From: Antechinus flavipes
Taxonomy: Eukaryota
Direction of reading: 5' to 3'
NCBI RefSeq assembly: GCF_016432865.1
Contig: NC_067401.1
Coordinates: forward strand, 443,486,001-443,550,000
DNA: 64,000 bases
A program made the translations under genes and the position numbers. The notes under the pieces were generated by a model. That model did not search any database. It was not told the DNA's origin and saw only the letters and a program-made list of their open reading frames with translations. Shown here piece by piece: positions 63,842 to 64,000 of the stretch (its first letter is position 1; the number at the start of each line of letters is the position of its first letter).

Positions 63842-63845
<4 letters not shown>

Positions 63846-63912
<67 letters not shown>

Positions 63913-63990
63913 TTGTGTCCATACATACATAGAGATCTGATTAATGTGTGTATGCATATATGTATATATGTATGTGTATATATATTTATG
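63846..63990. repeat. (TA)n/(TG)n compound microsatellite
   Basis: Alternating runs at the window end. Confidence 0.9.
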
Positions 63991-64000
63991 TCTATCCACA

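Noticed and set aside
1-64000. Prokaryotic-type systems (CRISPR arrays, operons), rRNA or tRNA genes, and SAMD13/DNASE2B coding exons
   Set aside because: None seen. tRNA-like A/B boxes occur only in SINE heads, and no peptide matching SAMD13 or DNASE2B was found by eye.

Overview
AT-rich, repeat-dense marsupial genomic DNA from a draft assembly with three N gaps. WSINE1-type CORE-SINEs, Mar1, HAL1 and dasyurid-like L1 3' ends point to a dasyurid such as the Tasmanian devil (inference). The only protein-coding gene I can support is urate oxidase (UOX) on the minus strand. Exons 2-8 (61367 to 35730) have canonical GT-AG junctions, splice in frame to 294 aa, keep the catalytic residues and end in a PTS1 (SKL). 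The ~10-aa first coding exon is not recognisable and probably lies beyond 64000. The rest is mostly L2, MIR, CR1/L3, L1/HAL1, RTE-related SINEs, a Tigger1 derivative, a hAT MITE, a probable solo LTR and microsatellites. Less ordinary observations: (1) a frameshift-free decayed ~190-codon frame in UOX intron 4 that aligns by eye, collinearly, with bornavirus nucleoprotein (candidate divergent EBLN, unverified); (2) two separate relics of the rare Dong/R4 LINE clade within 4 kb; (3) a three-level nest (R4 < full-length HAL1 < cellular mRNA retrocopy), with both inner insertions bounded by TSDs; (4) a template-switch micro-inversion inside a SINE; (5) an exact CpG-containing 16-mer repeated 1.07 kb apart in unique DNA. 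I found no convincing new multi-gene system. Almost all ORFs in the supplied track are repeat-derived or spurious. Repeat family names and most repeat boundaries come from memory of consensus sequences and are approximate.
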